From: an uncultured delta proteobacterium
Lineage (GTDB): Bacteria > Myxococcota_A > Polyangia > Fen-1088
Length of the DNA: 64,000 nt
NCBI GenBank assembly: GCA_963755125.1
Contig: CAVWIP010000001.1
Location: 1-64,000, forward strand
Reading direction: 5' to 3'
Of the stretch, positions 1-15,407 are shown in pieces; position 1 is the first letter of the stretch; each line of letters starts with the position of its first letter. A program made the translations under genes and the position numbers. Under the pieces are notes generated by a model. The model was not told the DNA's origin, ran no database searches, and was given only the letters and a program-made list of their open reading frames with translations.

Positions 1-1326
1 GACCGCCTATCAGATCGAGCCCGAAAAAGCTGGATCATTTCGATCACTTACGAAATAGCGTGAAAAATAAGTGGAAAAGGGCCCACGGGTCCTCCGAAGT
101 TTGGTTTTTGCCAACTAAACGCAGGAGGTTTCCCCGTGAGCCCAGAACGAACCTACCCATTTCTCAGCGACTTGCTCGACCCTTTTCATAAGGCGCGCCG
201 CAGAACGCTGGGTCTGATCATCGCCGCCATCGCCGCCACTGGTCAGGCTCGCTCGTTCGCCATCGCCACGACTCTGGCCGGCTGGCTGCGGACCAGGCTG
301 GACAGTGCGGTCAATCGCTTCTACCGGCTGCTGCGCAATGAGCACGTCGACTATCTTGAATTCGCCACGCGGTCGCTGGATTTGCTCGCCCGTCGCCCGG
401 ATCGGCATGTCCTGCTCGCTGTGGACTGGACCGAATGGCACCATGACTTGCGCCTCCTGGTCGCTGCCATGGTCACCGGCAAGCGGGCCATCCCCGTCTT
501 CGTTCAAGGTTGGCGCAAGTTGATCCGAGATCGCTCGCAGAATACCCGGGAGAATACCTTCCTGCGCTTCCTGGCCGACGTCACCCGTCGGGCGGGTGTC
601 ACCGCGACGATTCTGTGCGACCGCGGATTTCGTCGCGCGAGTTGGCTGGCGTTGTTGCAGACGCTGCGCTTGGGCTTCGTCGTCCGTTTGATGGCCGATG
701 TCTACGTCGAGCTTGAGCCTGGTGTACGTCGACCATTGGAGGCCATTCTCCTGCAACCAGGGCAGGTGCTCGATCTCGGCGTGGTTCCGCTGCGTGCCGA
801 CGGTGTTGTCTCGGTTCGCATCATCGGATACTGGGCTCCTGGTGCTCATGAACCGTGGTGGGTCGCCACCAGCGAACCCGGTTCCGCCAAGCAGGTGCTG
901 GCGCTCTATGACCGCCGCATGACCGTCGAGGAGCAATTCCGAGACACGAAAGGCCGACGTTTCGGCGCCAAGCTCTTTTGGACCCAGTTCCGCGACCCAG
1001 TGGCCCTGGCCCGCTTCGTTAGCCTTCTGGCCGTAGCCCTCTTGATCTGGACTCTGGTGGGCATCACCGCCGCGCTGATCGATCCCTCTTTGCGCCTGCG
1101 CTGCAAACGCAAAGGGCCTCGTCAGTCCTTCGTCACCATCGGCATCAGAGCCTTGGCGCTCGGCACATTCTCCGCGCGCTTCGACCGCCTCTCCGTGCCC
1201 CTGATTCTCGAACCACCCACCATGCGTCCTCTGCGTCTCCTGGAGGCGTCCAAATGACGTTATCCACAGGCATTTCGCGGAGTTCCCGCACCAATGCCGC
1301 ACTTTTCGCCAAAGATCAACGGTCAG
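1..1326 (+). mobile_element. IS4-family insertion sequence, copy 1 (first 2 bases CT lie outside the window)
   Basis: Matches 43569..44894 (offset 43568); identity ends at ...GATCAACGGTCAG (1326); same transposase translation in both copies. Confidence 0.93.
136..1257 (+). CDS. IS4-family DDE transposase (373 aa)
   Basis: AVDWT, CDRGF and YDRRMTVEEQFRDTK (the Y-2-R-3-E-6-K 'YREK' signature of IS4); AGGAGG RBS before the GTG. Confidence 0.92.
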   Translation: MSPERTYPFLSDLLDPFHKARRRTLGLIIAAIAATGQARSFAIATTLAGWLRTRLDSAVNRFYRLLRNEHVDYLEFATRSLDLLARRPDRHVLLAVDWTEWHHDLRLLVAAMVTGKRAIPVFVQGWRKLIRDRSQNTRENTFLRFLADVTRRAGVTATILCDRGFRRASWLALLQTLRLGFVVRLMADVYVELEPGVRRPLEAILLQPGQVLDLGVVPLRADGVVSVRIIGYWAPGAHEPWWVATSEPGSAKQVLALYDRRMTVEEQFRDTKGRRFGAKLFWTQFRDPVALARFVSLLAVALLIWTLVGITAALIDPSLRLRCKRKGPRQSFVTIGIRALALGTFSARFDRLSVPLILEPPTMRPLRLLEASK

Positions 1327-1327
1327 C

Positions 1328-2656
1328 CTAGTCGTAGTACTCCAACCCGAGGTGCGTGATCAACTCCTCGCCACGCAGGTGGCGCAGGGTGTTCTTCAGC
1401 TTCATGAGTTGAATGAACGTGTCGTGCTCGGGGTACAGCTTTTCGGCGGTCATGGGGCTCTTCCAGTAGAACGACAGCCACTCCTGGATGCCGTGCATGC
1501 CCGAGCGCTGGGCCAGATCCATGAACAGCGCTAGGTCGAGCACGACCGGCGCGGCCAGGATGGAATCGCGGCACAGGAAGTTGACCTTGATCTGCATCGG
1601 GTAGCCCATCCACCCGAAGATGTCGATGTTGTCCCAGCCTTCCTTGTTGTCTCCGCGCGGGGGGTAATAGTTGATGTGGACCGAATGGTACATCTTGCCG
1701 TAGAGGTCGGGGTACAGGTGGGGCTGCAGGATATGCTCCAGCGCGCCCAACTTGGAGACTTCCTTGCTCTTGAAGGACTCGGGGTCATCCAGCACCTCGC
1801 CGTCGCGGTTGCCCAGGATGTTGGTTGAGTACCAGCCATTGACCCCGAGCAGCCGCGCCTTGAACGCGGGCGCCAGCGAAGTCTTCATGAAGGTCTGGCC
1901 GGTCTTGAAGTCCTTGCCACCGACCGGCACGCCGTTCTTCCTGGCCAGTTCCAGCAGGGCGGGCGTGTCCACGGTCAGGTTGGGCGCGCCGTTGGCGTAG
2001 GGCACGCTGCATTTCAGGGCCGCGTAGGCGTAGATTTGCGAGGGCGCGATCTCCGGATCGCTGGCGGCGAGTCCCTTCTCGAAAGTTTCCAGCGTGGCGT
2101 GCACCGCTGCCGGCTTTCGGTAGGCCTCGGTCGAGCCACACCACACCATCACGGCGCGGTCGAGTTTCTCGCGCTTGCGGAAGTCGTTGATGTCGGCCAT
2201 CACCTGCTCGGCCAGATCCATCTTGGACTTGCCCTTCTTGAAGTGCGTGGCGGTCAACCGCTTGACGAAGTTTTGCTCGAATACGGCGGTCATGGGCCGG
2301 ATGCCCGAGAGGAAATCCTTGAACTGGGCCAAGTGCTCCTTGGAGAGCACGCCGGCCTTGCTGGCCGCCTGATAGGCATCGTCCGGAAAAAGATCCCAAC
2401 CGCCAAAGACCACGTCCTCAAGGCGTGCGAGTGGAACCAGTTCCTTGATGAGAGGCGATCGGTTGTCGGTCCGCTTGCCCAGCCGCACGGTTCCCATCTG
2501 TGTGAGGGAGCCGATGGGTTTGGAGACACCGCGGCGGATGGCCTCGACGCCCGCCATGAAGGTCGTGGCGACGGCGCCCATGCCGGGCATCATGATGCCC
2601 AGTTTCCCGCTAGCGGGCTTTATCTCGACGGTGGGTCCGGACTTGGTGAGTGGCAT
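1328..2656 (-). CDS. ino1: myo-inositol-1-phosphate synthase
   Basis: GMGAVATT NAD-binding motif, GKDFKTGQT, NILGNRDG, GDNKEGWD, CRDSILAAP; start placed at ATG 2656 behind GGAG. Confidence 0.93.
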   Translation of the reverse strand: MPLTKSGPTVEIKPASGKLGIMMPGMGAVATTFMAGVEAIRRGVSKPIGSLTQMGTVRLGKRTDNRSPLIKELVPLARLEDVVFGGWDLFPDDAYQAASKAGVLSKEHLAQFKDFLSGIRPMTAVFEQNFVKRLTATHFKKGKSKMDLAEQVMADINDFRKREKLDRAVMVWCGSTEAYRKPAAVHATLETFEKGLAASDPEIAPSQIYAYAALKCSVPYANGAPNLTVDTPALLELARKNGVPVGGKDFKTGQTFMKTSLAPAFKARLLGVNGWYSTNILGNRDGEVLDDPESFKSKEVSKLGALEHILQPHLYPDLYGKMYHSVHINYYPPRGDNKEGWDNIDIFGWMGYPMQIKVNFLCRDSILAAPVVLDLALFMDLAQRSGMHGIQEWLSFYWKSPMTAEKLYPEHDTFIQLMKLKNTLRHLRGEELITHLGLEYYD

Positions 2657-2784
2657 GTGAATGATTCTCCTTTGCTGCGATCCACTGTCTAGCAAGCGGC
2701 GGGCCGAAGCACGACCCAAACAAAATCGCATCATTTGCCACACAGGTGTCGGGAATGTGGTAAGAACTTGCCGCTTTCAACACC

Positions 2785-2865
2785 ACACGCTGACCGAGTG
2801 GGCCGCGCGTGCCGACCGGACGGAAACGCCCGGACGGTCTTCGGCCTTCGATGACGTCAGCGGCG
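2785..2865 (+). promoter_or_regulatory. structured rpsB 5' leader (candidate S2 autoregulatory element)
   Basis: Nested stems CGCTGAC 2788-2794/GTCAGCG 2856-2862, GGCCG 2801-2805/CGGCC 2842-2846, GACCG 2814-2818/CGGTC 2835-2839, directly upstream of rpsB. Confidence 0.5.
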
Positions 2866-2887
2866 GACAACAACGCGAAAGGAAAAC

Positions 2888-3832
2888 ATGGACACGATCG
2901 ACAATGGGCAGGCGCCCGCGCCGCCGGTTGCGGCCCCGCCCGCAGCCCCCGACACGCAGAATCCGATGGCGGCCGTCGACACGCCGCTGAGCATGCGCGA
3001 CATGATGGAGGCGGGAGTTCACTTCGGCCATCAGACCAAGCGCTGGAACCCGAAGATGAAGCCGTACATCTTCGGCGCCCGCAACGGGATCCACATCATC
3101 GATCTGCAGTTCTCGGTGAAGGCATTCCGGCGCGCCTTCGACTTTCTGGTCAAGACAGTCGCGGAGGGCAAGCCGGTGCTGTTCGTGGGAACCAAGAAGC
3201 AGGCGCAGGATGTGGTGCGCGACGAGGCGCAGCGCTCCGGCCAGTTCTACGTGACCAACCGCTGGCTGGGCGGCACGCTGACCAACTTCCACACCGTCAA
3301 GGCCTCCATCGAGCGCCTGCAGGCCATCGAGAAGATGGGCACCGATGGAACCTTCGAGCGCCTGACCAAGAAAGAGGTCATCAACCTCACGCGCGAGCAG
3401 GAGAAGCTGGAGAAGGCGCTGGGTGGCATCAAGGCCATGGGCGAGTTGCCGGGCGCGGTGTTCATCGTCGACGTGGTCAAGGAGCACATCGCGGTGAGCG
3501 AGGCGCGCAAGCTGGAGATCCCTATCGTGGCCATGGTGGACAGCAACTGCGACCCTGACCTGATCCAGTACGCCATTCCGGGCAACGACGACGCCATTCG
3601 GGCCATCCGCCTGTTCGCGAACAAGGTGGCCGATGCCTGCATCCTCGGCCAGAAGCTGGCGCGTGAGCGGGCCACGGCCGCGCACGCCCAGGGCGAGGGC
3701 GAGAGCGAAGTGCAGACCATCCGCGTGTCGTCTGGCGGTGAGGGACCGCGGGTCGAGGTCGTGTCGCGCCGGCGCGGCGACATGCCCGAGCCAGAGGCGG
3801 CCGCATCCCCCGAGGACGAGGGCGAGAAGTAG
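2888..3832 (+). CDS. rpsB: 30S ribosomal protein S2
   Basis: [34 protein letters not shown]. Confidence 0.98.
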   Translation: MDTIDNGQAPAPPVAAPPAAPDTQNPMAAVDTPLSMRDMMEAGVHFGHQTKRWNPKMKPYIFGARNGIHIIDLQFSVKAFRRAFDFLVKTVAEGKPVLFVGTKKQAQDVVRDEAQRSGQFYVTNRWLGGTLTNFHTVKASIERLQAIEKMGTDGTFERLTKKEVINLTREQEKLEKALGGIKAMGELPGAVFIVDVVKEHIAVSEARKLEIPIVAMVDSNCDPDLIQYAIPGNDDAIRAIRLFANKVADACILGQKLARERATAAHAQGEGESEVQTIRVSSGGEGPRVEVVSRRRGDMPEPEAAASPEDEGEK

Positions 3833-3869
3833 GTCCCGATTTTCTTGAAGACAGCAGGAGACGATTGAG

Positions 3870-6028
<2,159 letters not shown>

Positions 6029-6032
6029 CGCG

Positions 6033-6437
6033 TCACGCCTGTTTGGCAGCCGCAACCCCATTCGCTGCCTCGCGATCATAGGTCACCCGGGCGATATCCA
6101 CCTGGTTCATGGCAAAGCGCAAGGTCGTGCCGCTTCCCCGAAGGAGGCCTTCGCGCTGGAACAGGTGGTAGGTGCGCAGATCCTCGCGGACCGGAGGATC
6201 GCCCTGGGACACCTTCCCTGGAATGCCGCTCACGATGAGTATTTTCTCGCCCGGCTGCAGAAGGAAGCCCGGGTCGATCTGACCCATCACCGAGCCGCGC
6301 TTGCCTGGCACGCTCACGATGACCTGCAGACCCGCCGTGCTCACCGGCGCGGCACCGGTGTTGGCGAGGATGAACCATTCCTGGTTGACGCGTTTTTTGT
6401 CGGGAGCGGCGTGGACTTCTTCGAAGATGAGCGGCAT
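6033..6437 (-). CDS. small lamin-tail-domain-like protein
   Basis: EWFILANTGAAPVSTAGL...LQPGE resembles the LTD pattern EwieLxNxG...l.PG; no signal peptide. Confidence 0.55.
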   Translation of the reverse strand: MPLIFEEVHAAPDKKRVNQEWFILANTGAAPVSTAGLQVIVSVPGKRGSVMGQIDPGFLLQPGEKILIVSGIPGKVSQGDPPVREDLRTYHLFQREGLLRGSGTTLRFAMNQVDIARVTYDREAANGVAAAKQA

Positions 6438-6474
6438 GAGGGGTAGTTTATATTCTGGTCAAGCAGGAGGGTAA

Positions 6475-6864
6475 ATGGCCAAGACTGAAATTCGCGTGAT
6501 CTATGGCGACACCGATCAGATGGGCGTCGTCTACTACGGCAACTACCTGCGTTTTTTCGAGGCGGCACGCAGCGATTACTTGCGCGACAAGGGGGCGCGC
6601 TGGCGAGACGTGGAAAACGCGCATGGCGTCTACTTGCCCGTCGTCGAGGCCAAGGTCAACTACAAGCGGCCCGCTTTCTACGACGACATGCTGGTCATCG
6701 AGACCGTGCTGGCCGAACTTGGGCGCGCGTCGCTGCGCTTCGAGTACAGGGTGTTGCGCGGCGACGACCTGCTCGCCACCGGTCACACTGTGCACGCCTG
6801 CGTGGACAGGCAGGGCGACATCCGAGAGTTTCCCGCTGCGGTGTCGGAGCGTCTGCGGCCGTGA
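6475..6864 (+). CDS. YbgC/FadM-family acyl-CoA thioesterase
   Basis: YGDTDQMGVVYYGNYLRFFEAAR hot-dog fold motif; AGGAGG RBS. Confidence 0.9.
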   Translation: MAKTEIRVIYGDTDQMGVVYYGNYLRFFEAARSDYLRDKGARWRDVENAHGVYLPVVEAKVNYKRPAFYDDMLVIETVLAELGRASLRFEYRVLRGDDLLATGHTVHACVDRQGDIREFPAAVSERLRP

Positions 6865-6928
6865 AGCCGTCGCGGCAGATGGGTACTGGGTCTTTGGGCG
6901 ACAAGTCTCCGTGGTAGAGTTGGAACCC

Positions 6929-7207
6929 ATGCCGAGAGTGAACGTTGACATCCCCCACCGTCTGTCGCGCGAGGAGGCCCGCACGCGCATCATGGCAGCG
7001 ACGCCCCAGTTGGAGAAGGAGTACAGCGCAACCTGCCGCTGGGATGGCGAAACCCGGTTGATAGTCACGCGCAAGGGGCTGAAGGCGGCCCTGGATGTCG
7101 AGGAGACGCATGTGCGGGTCGCCCTCGAACTGGGCCTGCTGCTGGGGCCGCTCGGGGGCAGCATCCGCGCCGGCATCGTCCGTCAACTCACTGGACTGCT
7201 TGCCTGA
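6929..7207 (+). CDS. putative polyhydroxyalkanoate-system family small protein (92 aa)
   Basis: IPHRLSREEARTRI...W.G...LLGPLGGSI pattern; C-terminal part of the 6503..7207 ORF. Confidence 0.7.
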   Translation: MPRVNVDIPHRLSREEARTRIMAATPQLEKEYSATCRWDGETRLIVTRKGLKAALDVEETHVRVALELGLLLGPLGGSIRAGIVRQLTGLLA

Positions 7208-7371
7208 ACCTCCCGGCACGTCCTGGTGACCGCGCCCGCCTCGCAGGCGTCGATCGGCGTCACACCGCGCCTCTTTACCCCGGATCTGGCCGCTGATATA
7301 TAGGGAGGCGGGCCTAGTAAACGAGCGTTGTGTTGGACGTAGGATCCGCTTCGTACCCGACGGAGAAACGC

Positions 7372-9354
<1,983 letters not shown>

Positions 9355-9447
9355 AACAGAGTGCCCCGATGGGGTGTAGTAAGGCGATTCGTCTCGTCAG
9401 CCACCCGCCGCTGAGAACGCAGAGGCGAGAGGGGAGGCCACGGAGTC

Positions 9448-9502
9448 GGAGAGAACACTATCGGCTGCCGCAGCCGGCTCGGTGTTCTCTCCTCTCTTTT
9501 TT
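9448..9502 (+). terminator. probable intrinsic terminator within a longer hairpin
   Basis: 11-bp stem GGAGAGAACAC 9448-9458 / GTGTTCTCTCC 9482-9492 followed by a T run. Confidence 0.55.
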
Positions 9503-9575
9503 GCGCTCTCAACTGGCGTAACTATCTGAAACAATGAATGAATTAAGGAAATTCCTCTTCTGTCCTCATCTCCTC

Positions 9576-9603
9576 TTGACTAGCGCGGGCTGCGAGCTAA
9601 TAC
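9576..9603 (+). promoter_or_regulatory. candidate sigma70 promoter of dnaG-rpoD
   Basis: TTGACT-N16-TAATAC about 35 nt before the dnaG start. Confidence 0.4.
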
Positions 9604-9637
9604 GTCCTGCCGCTTTTTCTGGGGCGCGGGTTTCGAT

Positions 9638-11467
9638 TTGCCTCTGCTGCCACGCGAAAAAATTGACGATGTCCGCGATCGTACGAACATCGTGGACATA
9701 GTTAGGCGGTATGTGGAGTTGAAACGGGCCGGCACCGGAAGCTGGAAGGGGCTGTGTCCTTTCCATGCGGAGAAAACCCCTTCGTTCAACGTGCACGAGC
9801 AGCGGCAATATTTTCACTGTTTCGGCTGCGGCGAGAAAGGCGACGTGTTTTCGTTTCTGGTCAAGATCGAGCAGCGATCGTTCATGGAGGTGTTGCGCGA
9901 GTTGGCCCATCAGGCGGGTGTGGACCTGCCCGAGATAAAGCAGTCTGCTGCCGAACGACAGGCAGCCGCCGAGGCAGACTCCGAACGCGAGCGCATGCTG
10001 CGCGTGATGGATGCCGCCACAAGTTTCTTCGAGGAACAGCTCGCCGGCTCTGTGGGCTCCGCAGCCCGAGCCTATCTGGAGAAGCGCGGCGTTTCCTCGG
10101 CTTTGCGGGCCCGTTTTCGCCTCGGCTATGCGCCGCCGGCTTGGGACGCGCTGCAACGGCATCTTGCCTCGCTGCACATCCCGGCTAGTGTCGCAGAGCA
10201 ACTGGGTTTGGTGGGCGCCAACGAGCGTGGACGCTACGACTTCTTTCGCGATCGCGTGATGCTGCCCGTGCTCGATCGGCAGAAGCGTCCCGTCGGGTTC
10301 TCGTCGCGCCTGCTCGACCCAGAGGCCAAGGAGCGCAAGTACGTCAACTCGCCCGACTCGCCGCTGTTTCACAAGAAGGAGAACCTCTACGGCCTGCACG
10401 TTGCGATGGACGCCATTCGACGCGGCGGCACTGCCATCGTGGTGGAGGGTAACTTCGACGTGCTCAGCCTGCACGAGGCTGGGATTGAAGAAGCCGTCGC
10501 CCCCATGGGTACAGCCTTGACCAGCGAGCAAGTGAAACTGCTCAGCCGTGCCGCCAAACGCATTGTCGTCGTATTCGACGGAGACGCGGCGGGAGCGCGG
10601 GCGGCCGAGAAGGCCATCCCCCTCGCCGTGGAAGCTGGCCTGTTTTTCGCCGAGGCCGACGCTGATGGCCGCGTGGCGCAGATGCCGGCCGGTGTCGACC
10701 CGGATGATTTCGTGCGTGAGAGAGGCGCCGAGGCATTCCGCGCTCTCGTGGAAGGGGCGCGGCCTATGCTCGACCATCTGATACAGCAGGCGGCCGACGA
10801 CGCCACCATTCCCGGCAAGGCCGATAGCGCGCGGCGGGTGGTCGAGGTCCTGGCCAAGGTGAGAAATCCCATGGTGCGGGATCTCTATCTGCGCGAACTG
10901 GCTGCCAAGCTGGGCGTCCCGGTGCCGCAGGTGGTGCGCATGGTGCGCGACGTGGCGGGCGAACGCCACCCGGCACCGGCGCGGCCGGCGCCATCCGGTG
11001 AGGATGCGACGGCAGAAGCGGAGGCGCAGCGCGAACCGCTGCGCGACGAACTGGCCGTATTTGCGCTGCTGGTGAGCCACCCTGAGTTGGCATCCACCGA
11101 CGAGGCCACCCGAGTACTCGACCTCCTGGTCGACCCCGGTGTTGGGCAGGTGTACCGCACGGCCCTGCAAGCCTTGCAGGCAGGGGAACGGGCCGATGTC
11201 CCGGCCTGGCTGGACGCCTGCCCTTCTGACATACGCGCATCGGTGGGCGTAGCTGTGATGGACGGCTCTTGGGAAAAGGTGGAGGCGGCGGAGGAGGCGT
11301 TGCGGGCACTGGTGAATCGGTTGGGACGGTCGAGAGTGGAGGCCGAGATCGCGCTGGCCGAGCGCCAGCACCGGGAGGCGCTGGCGCGGGGGGATGAAGC
11401 AGAAGCACGCTCCATCTCGATGCGCGAGATGGAGCTGATTCGGACCAAGCTGGGTTTAGCCAACTAG
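9638..11467 (+). CDS. dnaG: DNA primase
   Basis: CPFHAEKTPSF...CFGC zinc finger, KYVNSP, VVEGNFD, FDGDAAG, DPDD Toprim motifs. Confidence 0.97.
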   Translation: MPLLPREKIDDVRDRTNIVDIVRRYVELKRAGTGSWKGLCPFHAEKTPSFNVHEQRQYFHCFGCGEKGDVFSFLVKIEQRSFMEVLRELAHQAGVDLPEIKQSAAERQAAAEADSERERMLRVMDAATSFFEEQLAGSVGSAARAYLEKRGVSSALRARFRLGYAPPAWDALQRHLASLHIPASVAEQLGLVGANERGRYDFFRDRVMLPVLDRQKRPVGFSSRLLDPEAKERKYVNSPDSPLFHKKENLYGLHVAMDAIRRGGTAIVVEGNFDVLSLHEAGIEEAVAPMGTALTSEQVKLLSRAAKRIVVVFDGDAAGARAAEKAIPLAVEAGLFFAEADADGRVAQMPAGVDPDDFVRERGAEAFRALVEGARPMLDHLIQQAADDATIPGKADSARRVVEVLAKVRNPMVRDLYLRELAAKLGVPVPQVVRMVRDVAGERHPAPARPAPSGEDATAEAEAQREPLRDELAVFALLVSHPELASTDEATRVLDLLVDPGVGQVYRTALQALQAGERADVPAWLDACPSDIRASVGVAVMDGSWEKVEAAEEALRALVNRLGRSRVEAEIALAERQHREALARGDEAEARSISMREMELIRTKLGLAN

Positions 11468-11479
11468 AGGCCACACGAC

Positions 11480-13351
<1,872 letters not shown>

Positions 13352-13360
13352 CCCCCTCCA

Positions 13361-14149
13361 TCAGAACTGATACAGAAGTCCGGCCTGGACCGACAGGCGG
13401 TTGCCAAAGACCTGGATGCTCTCGCCAGTTCCAAGAAGAAAACTCGGCTTTGCCAGCATATTTCGGTACTCGACGTGCAGCCCGACCAGGGCTCCTCGGC
13501 CCACAGATACGTCGAGCCCACCTGCGCCGAGGACGAGCGGCCGCGTGGTGTGGGATGCGACTGACTGGTACGTCTCCTCGGGGGTTTGGAAGTTCCCCAG
13601 CGCCAACCCCATCCCGGCGGCCAGCCAGGGCCGCAGCCGGCCAAGGTGCAGGGTGGCGGTTGCCAGCAAAGCGAAATCGAAGAAGGAAAGGGCGCGTGTG
13701 GTCTGGTACGACTGGGTCACATCCCCACCCACGTCGGCCTGGGCGGTGACGAGTTTCTGAAAGCGATCGAAGGTGAACTCGGCGCGCAGGCCGAGCGCCA
13801 GACGGTCGGCCAAGCGCGCGTAGTCGTACTGGAAGAACGGGCTGAACGAGTACCCAACCTTGGGGGAGACGTCGCCTGTGAGCTGGAAATCTGTGCCGGC
13901 ACGAAACCCGAACATCATGTGTGGCTCGCTCTCCGGCGTTCTCTGCAGACCCGGCTCCGCTTCGGGCTTGGCCGGCGGAAGCGCCGCGGGCGGCGGTTCT
14001 TCCTCGGGCGCGGGCTCGGCGCCAGCGCCAGTTTCCGTTGCCGGTGCAGACGCCGCCTCTGCCGCAGGTTGGGCGGTCGTTTCGGCAGGCGCGGGCTCAG
14101 CCTGCGCAAGCAGGGCGAAAAGGATCGGTATTGGCAGCGTCACCAGCAC
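13361..14149 (-). CDS. hypothetical outer-membrane beta-barrel protein with Pro/Ala/Glu-rich N-terminus
   Basis: Hydrophobic leader, alternating beta-strands, terminal LLYQF (BAM-like signal). Confidence 0.7.
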   Translation of the reverse strand: MLVTLPIPILFALLAQAEPAPAETTAQPAAEAASAPATETGAGAEPAPEEEPPPAALPPAKPEAEPGLQRTPESEPHMMFGFRAGTDFQLTGDVSPKVGYSFSPFFQYDYARLADRLALGLRAEFTFDRFQKLVTAQADVGGDVTQSYQTTRALSFFDFALLATATLHLGRLRPWLAAGMGLALGNFQTPEETYQSVASHTTRPLVLGAGGLDVSVGRGALVGLHVEYRNMLAKPSFLLGTGESIQVFGNRLSVQAGLLYQF

Positions 14150-14168
14150 GGCAGCCTATAATGCTTCG

Positions 14169-15407
14169 ATGTCACGCAAGCGAGCAACCAATCTTGCCGT
14201 GTCCGCGACGGTTTCCGGCCAAGCCCGTGATTCCTCCAGTCGCGTGGTTCTTTGCCGCGGAAAGGCGCGTCCCCTCTGGTTTGGCCACCCCTGGGTCTAT
14301 GCCAACGCAGTGGAGCGCGTGGACGGTGAGGCAGCAGCTGGTGACATCGTGTCTCTGGTCGACCACGATGGCCACTTCATCGGCCGCGGGATCTTCAACC
14401 CACGCTCGCAGATCCCGGTGCGCTTGCTCACGCGCAAGGAAGAAGCCATCGATGCGGCGTTCTTCGTGGCGCGGCTGCGCGAAGCGCAGGCCCTGCGAAC
14501 CCGGCTCAAGCTCCCCAGCCCCGACACCACGGCCTATCGACTGGTTAACAGCGAAGGCGATGGCTTGCCAGGCCTGGTGGTCGACGTGTTCGGCGACGCC
14601 GCGGTGGTGCAGGTCACCACCCTGGGGTTGGCCTTGCGCAGGGATGTCCTCTTCGATGCGGTGGAAGCCACTCTGTCGCCACGGACGATCTACGAGGTTG
14701 CGGCCGGCAGCTACGCCGACTTGGAGGGCTTCGCTGCGCAGAATCGGGTGGCGCGGGGAGAGCCGCGCACCCGGGTGCCGTGTCTGGAGGACGGCCTGCG
14801 TTTCGAGGCCGAGCCGCTGGTGGGCCAGAAGACGGGCATGTTCCTCGACCAGAGGCCAAACCGGATTCGCGTCGGGCAGCTAGCCAGCGCAGGCTTGCGC
14901 ATGCTCGATTGCTACGCCTACGCCGGCGGCTTTGGGCTGCAAGCGGCCCGCGCGGGCGCGAGCGAGGTGACCGCCGTGGACAGCTCGCCGCGCGCCGTGG
15001 CCCGCATCGAGGCGCACGCGGCAGCCAATGGCGCCACGGTGCGCGCCGTGGAGGCCGACGCTTTCCGCTTTCTAGAGGCCGCCACTCCCATGTCCTACGA
15101 CCTGGTGGTGGTCGATCCGCCGAAGTTCGCACGGGCGCGCAAGGATCTCGAGGCAGCGACCAAGGGCTACGAGAGACTCAACGCTCTGGCGCTCACCGTC
15201 TGTGCGCCGGGAGCCCTGCTGGTGACCTGTTCATGTTCGCAGAATGTCAGCGGACAAGACTTCGAGCGCATAGTCGCAGGAGCCGCCAAGCAGGCCCATC
15301 GCGAAGTTCGCGTCGTCGAGGCGGGCGGCCCCGGGGGCGACCACCCTCTGCCGCCAGCTTTCGGCGAGGGGCAGTATTTGAAGGTCCTATTCGTCTACGT
15401 TGGCTAG
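14169..15407 (+). CDS. rlmI: RlmI-family class I SAM-dependent rRNA methyltransferase (PUA domain)
   Basis: GHPWVY, RLVNSEGDGLPGLVVD, GQKTGMFLDQR, DPPKF, TCSCS, YLK. Confidence 0.9.
   Translation: MSRKRATNLAVSATVSGQARDSSSRVVLCRGKARPLWFGHPWVYANAVERVDGEAAAGDIVSLVDHDGHFIGRGIFNPRSQIPVRLLTRKEEAIDAAFFVARLREAQALRTRLKLPSPDTTAYRLVNSEGDGLPGLVVDVFGDAAVVQVTTLGLALRRDVLFDAVEATLSPRTIYEVAAGSYADLEGFAAQNRVARGEPRTRVPCLEDGLRFEAEPLVGQKTGMFLDQRPNRIRVGQLASAGLRMLDCYAYAGGFGLQAARAGASEVTAVDSSPRAVARIEAHAAANGATVRAVEADAFRFLEAATPMSYDLVVVDPPKFARARKDLEAATKGYERLNALALTVCAPGALLVTCSCSQNVSGQDFERIVAGAAKQAHREVRVVEAGGPGGDHPLPPAFGEGQYLKVLFVYVG

Noticed and set aside
13860..14168. Long N-terminal extensions in the ORF track (rlmI from 13860, radC from 18442, pgl from 47694, 6503..6928)
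   Set aside because: They overlap other genes or intergenic signals; homology and start signals begin further downstream
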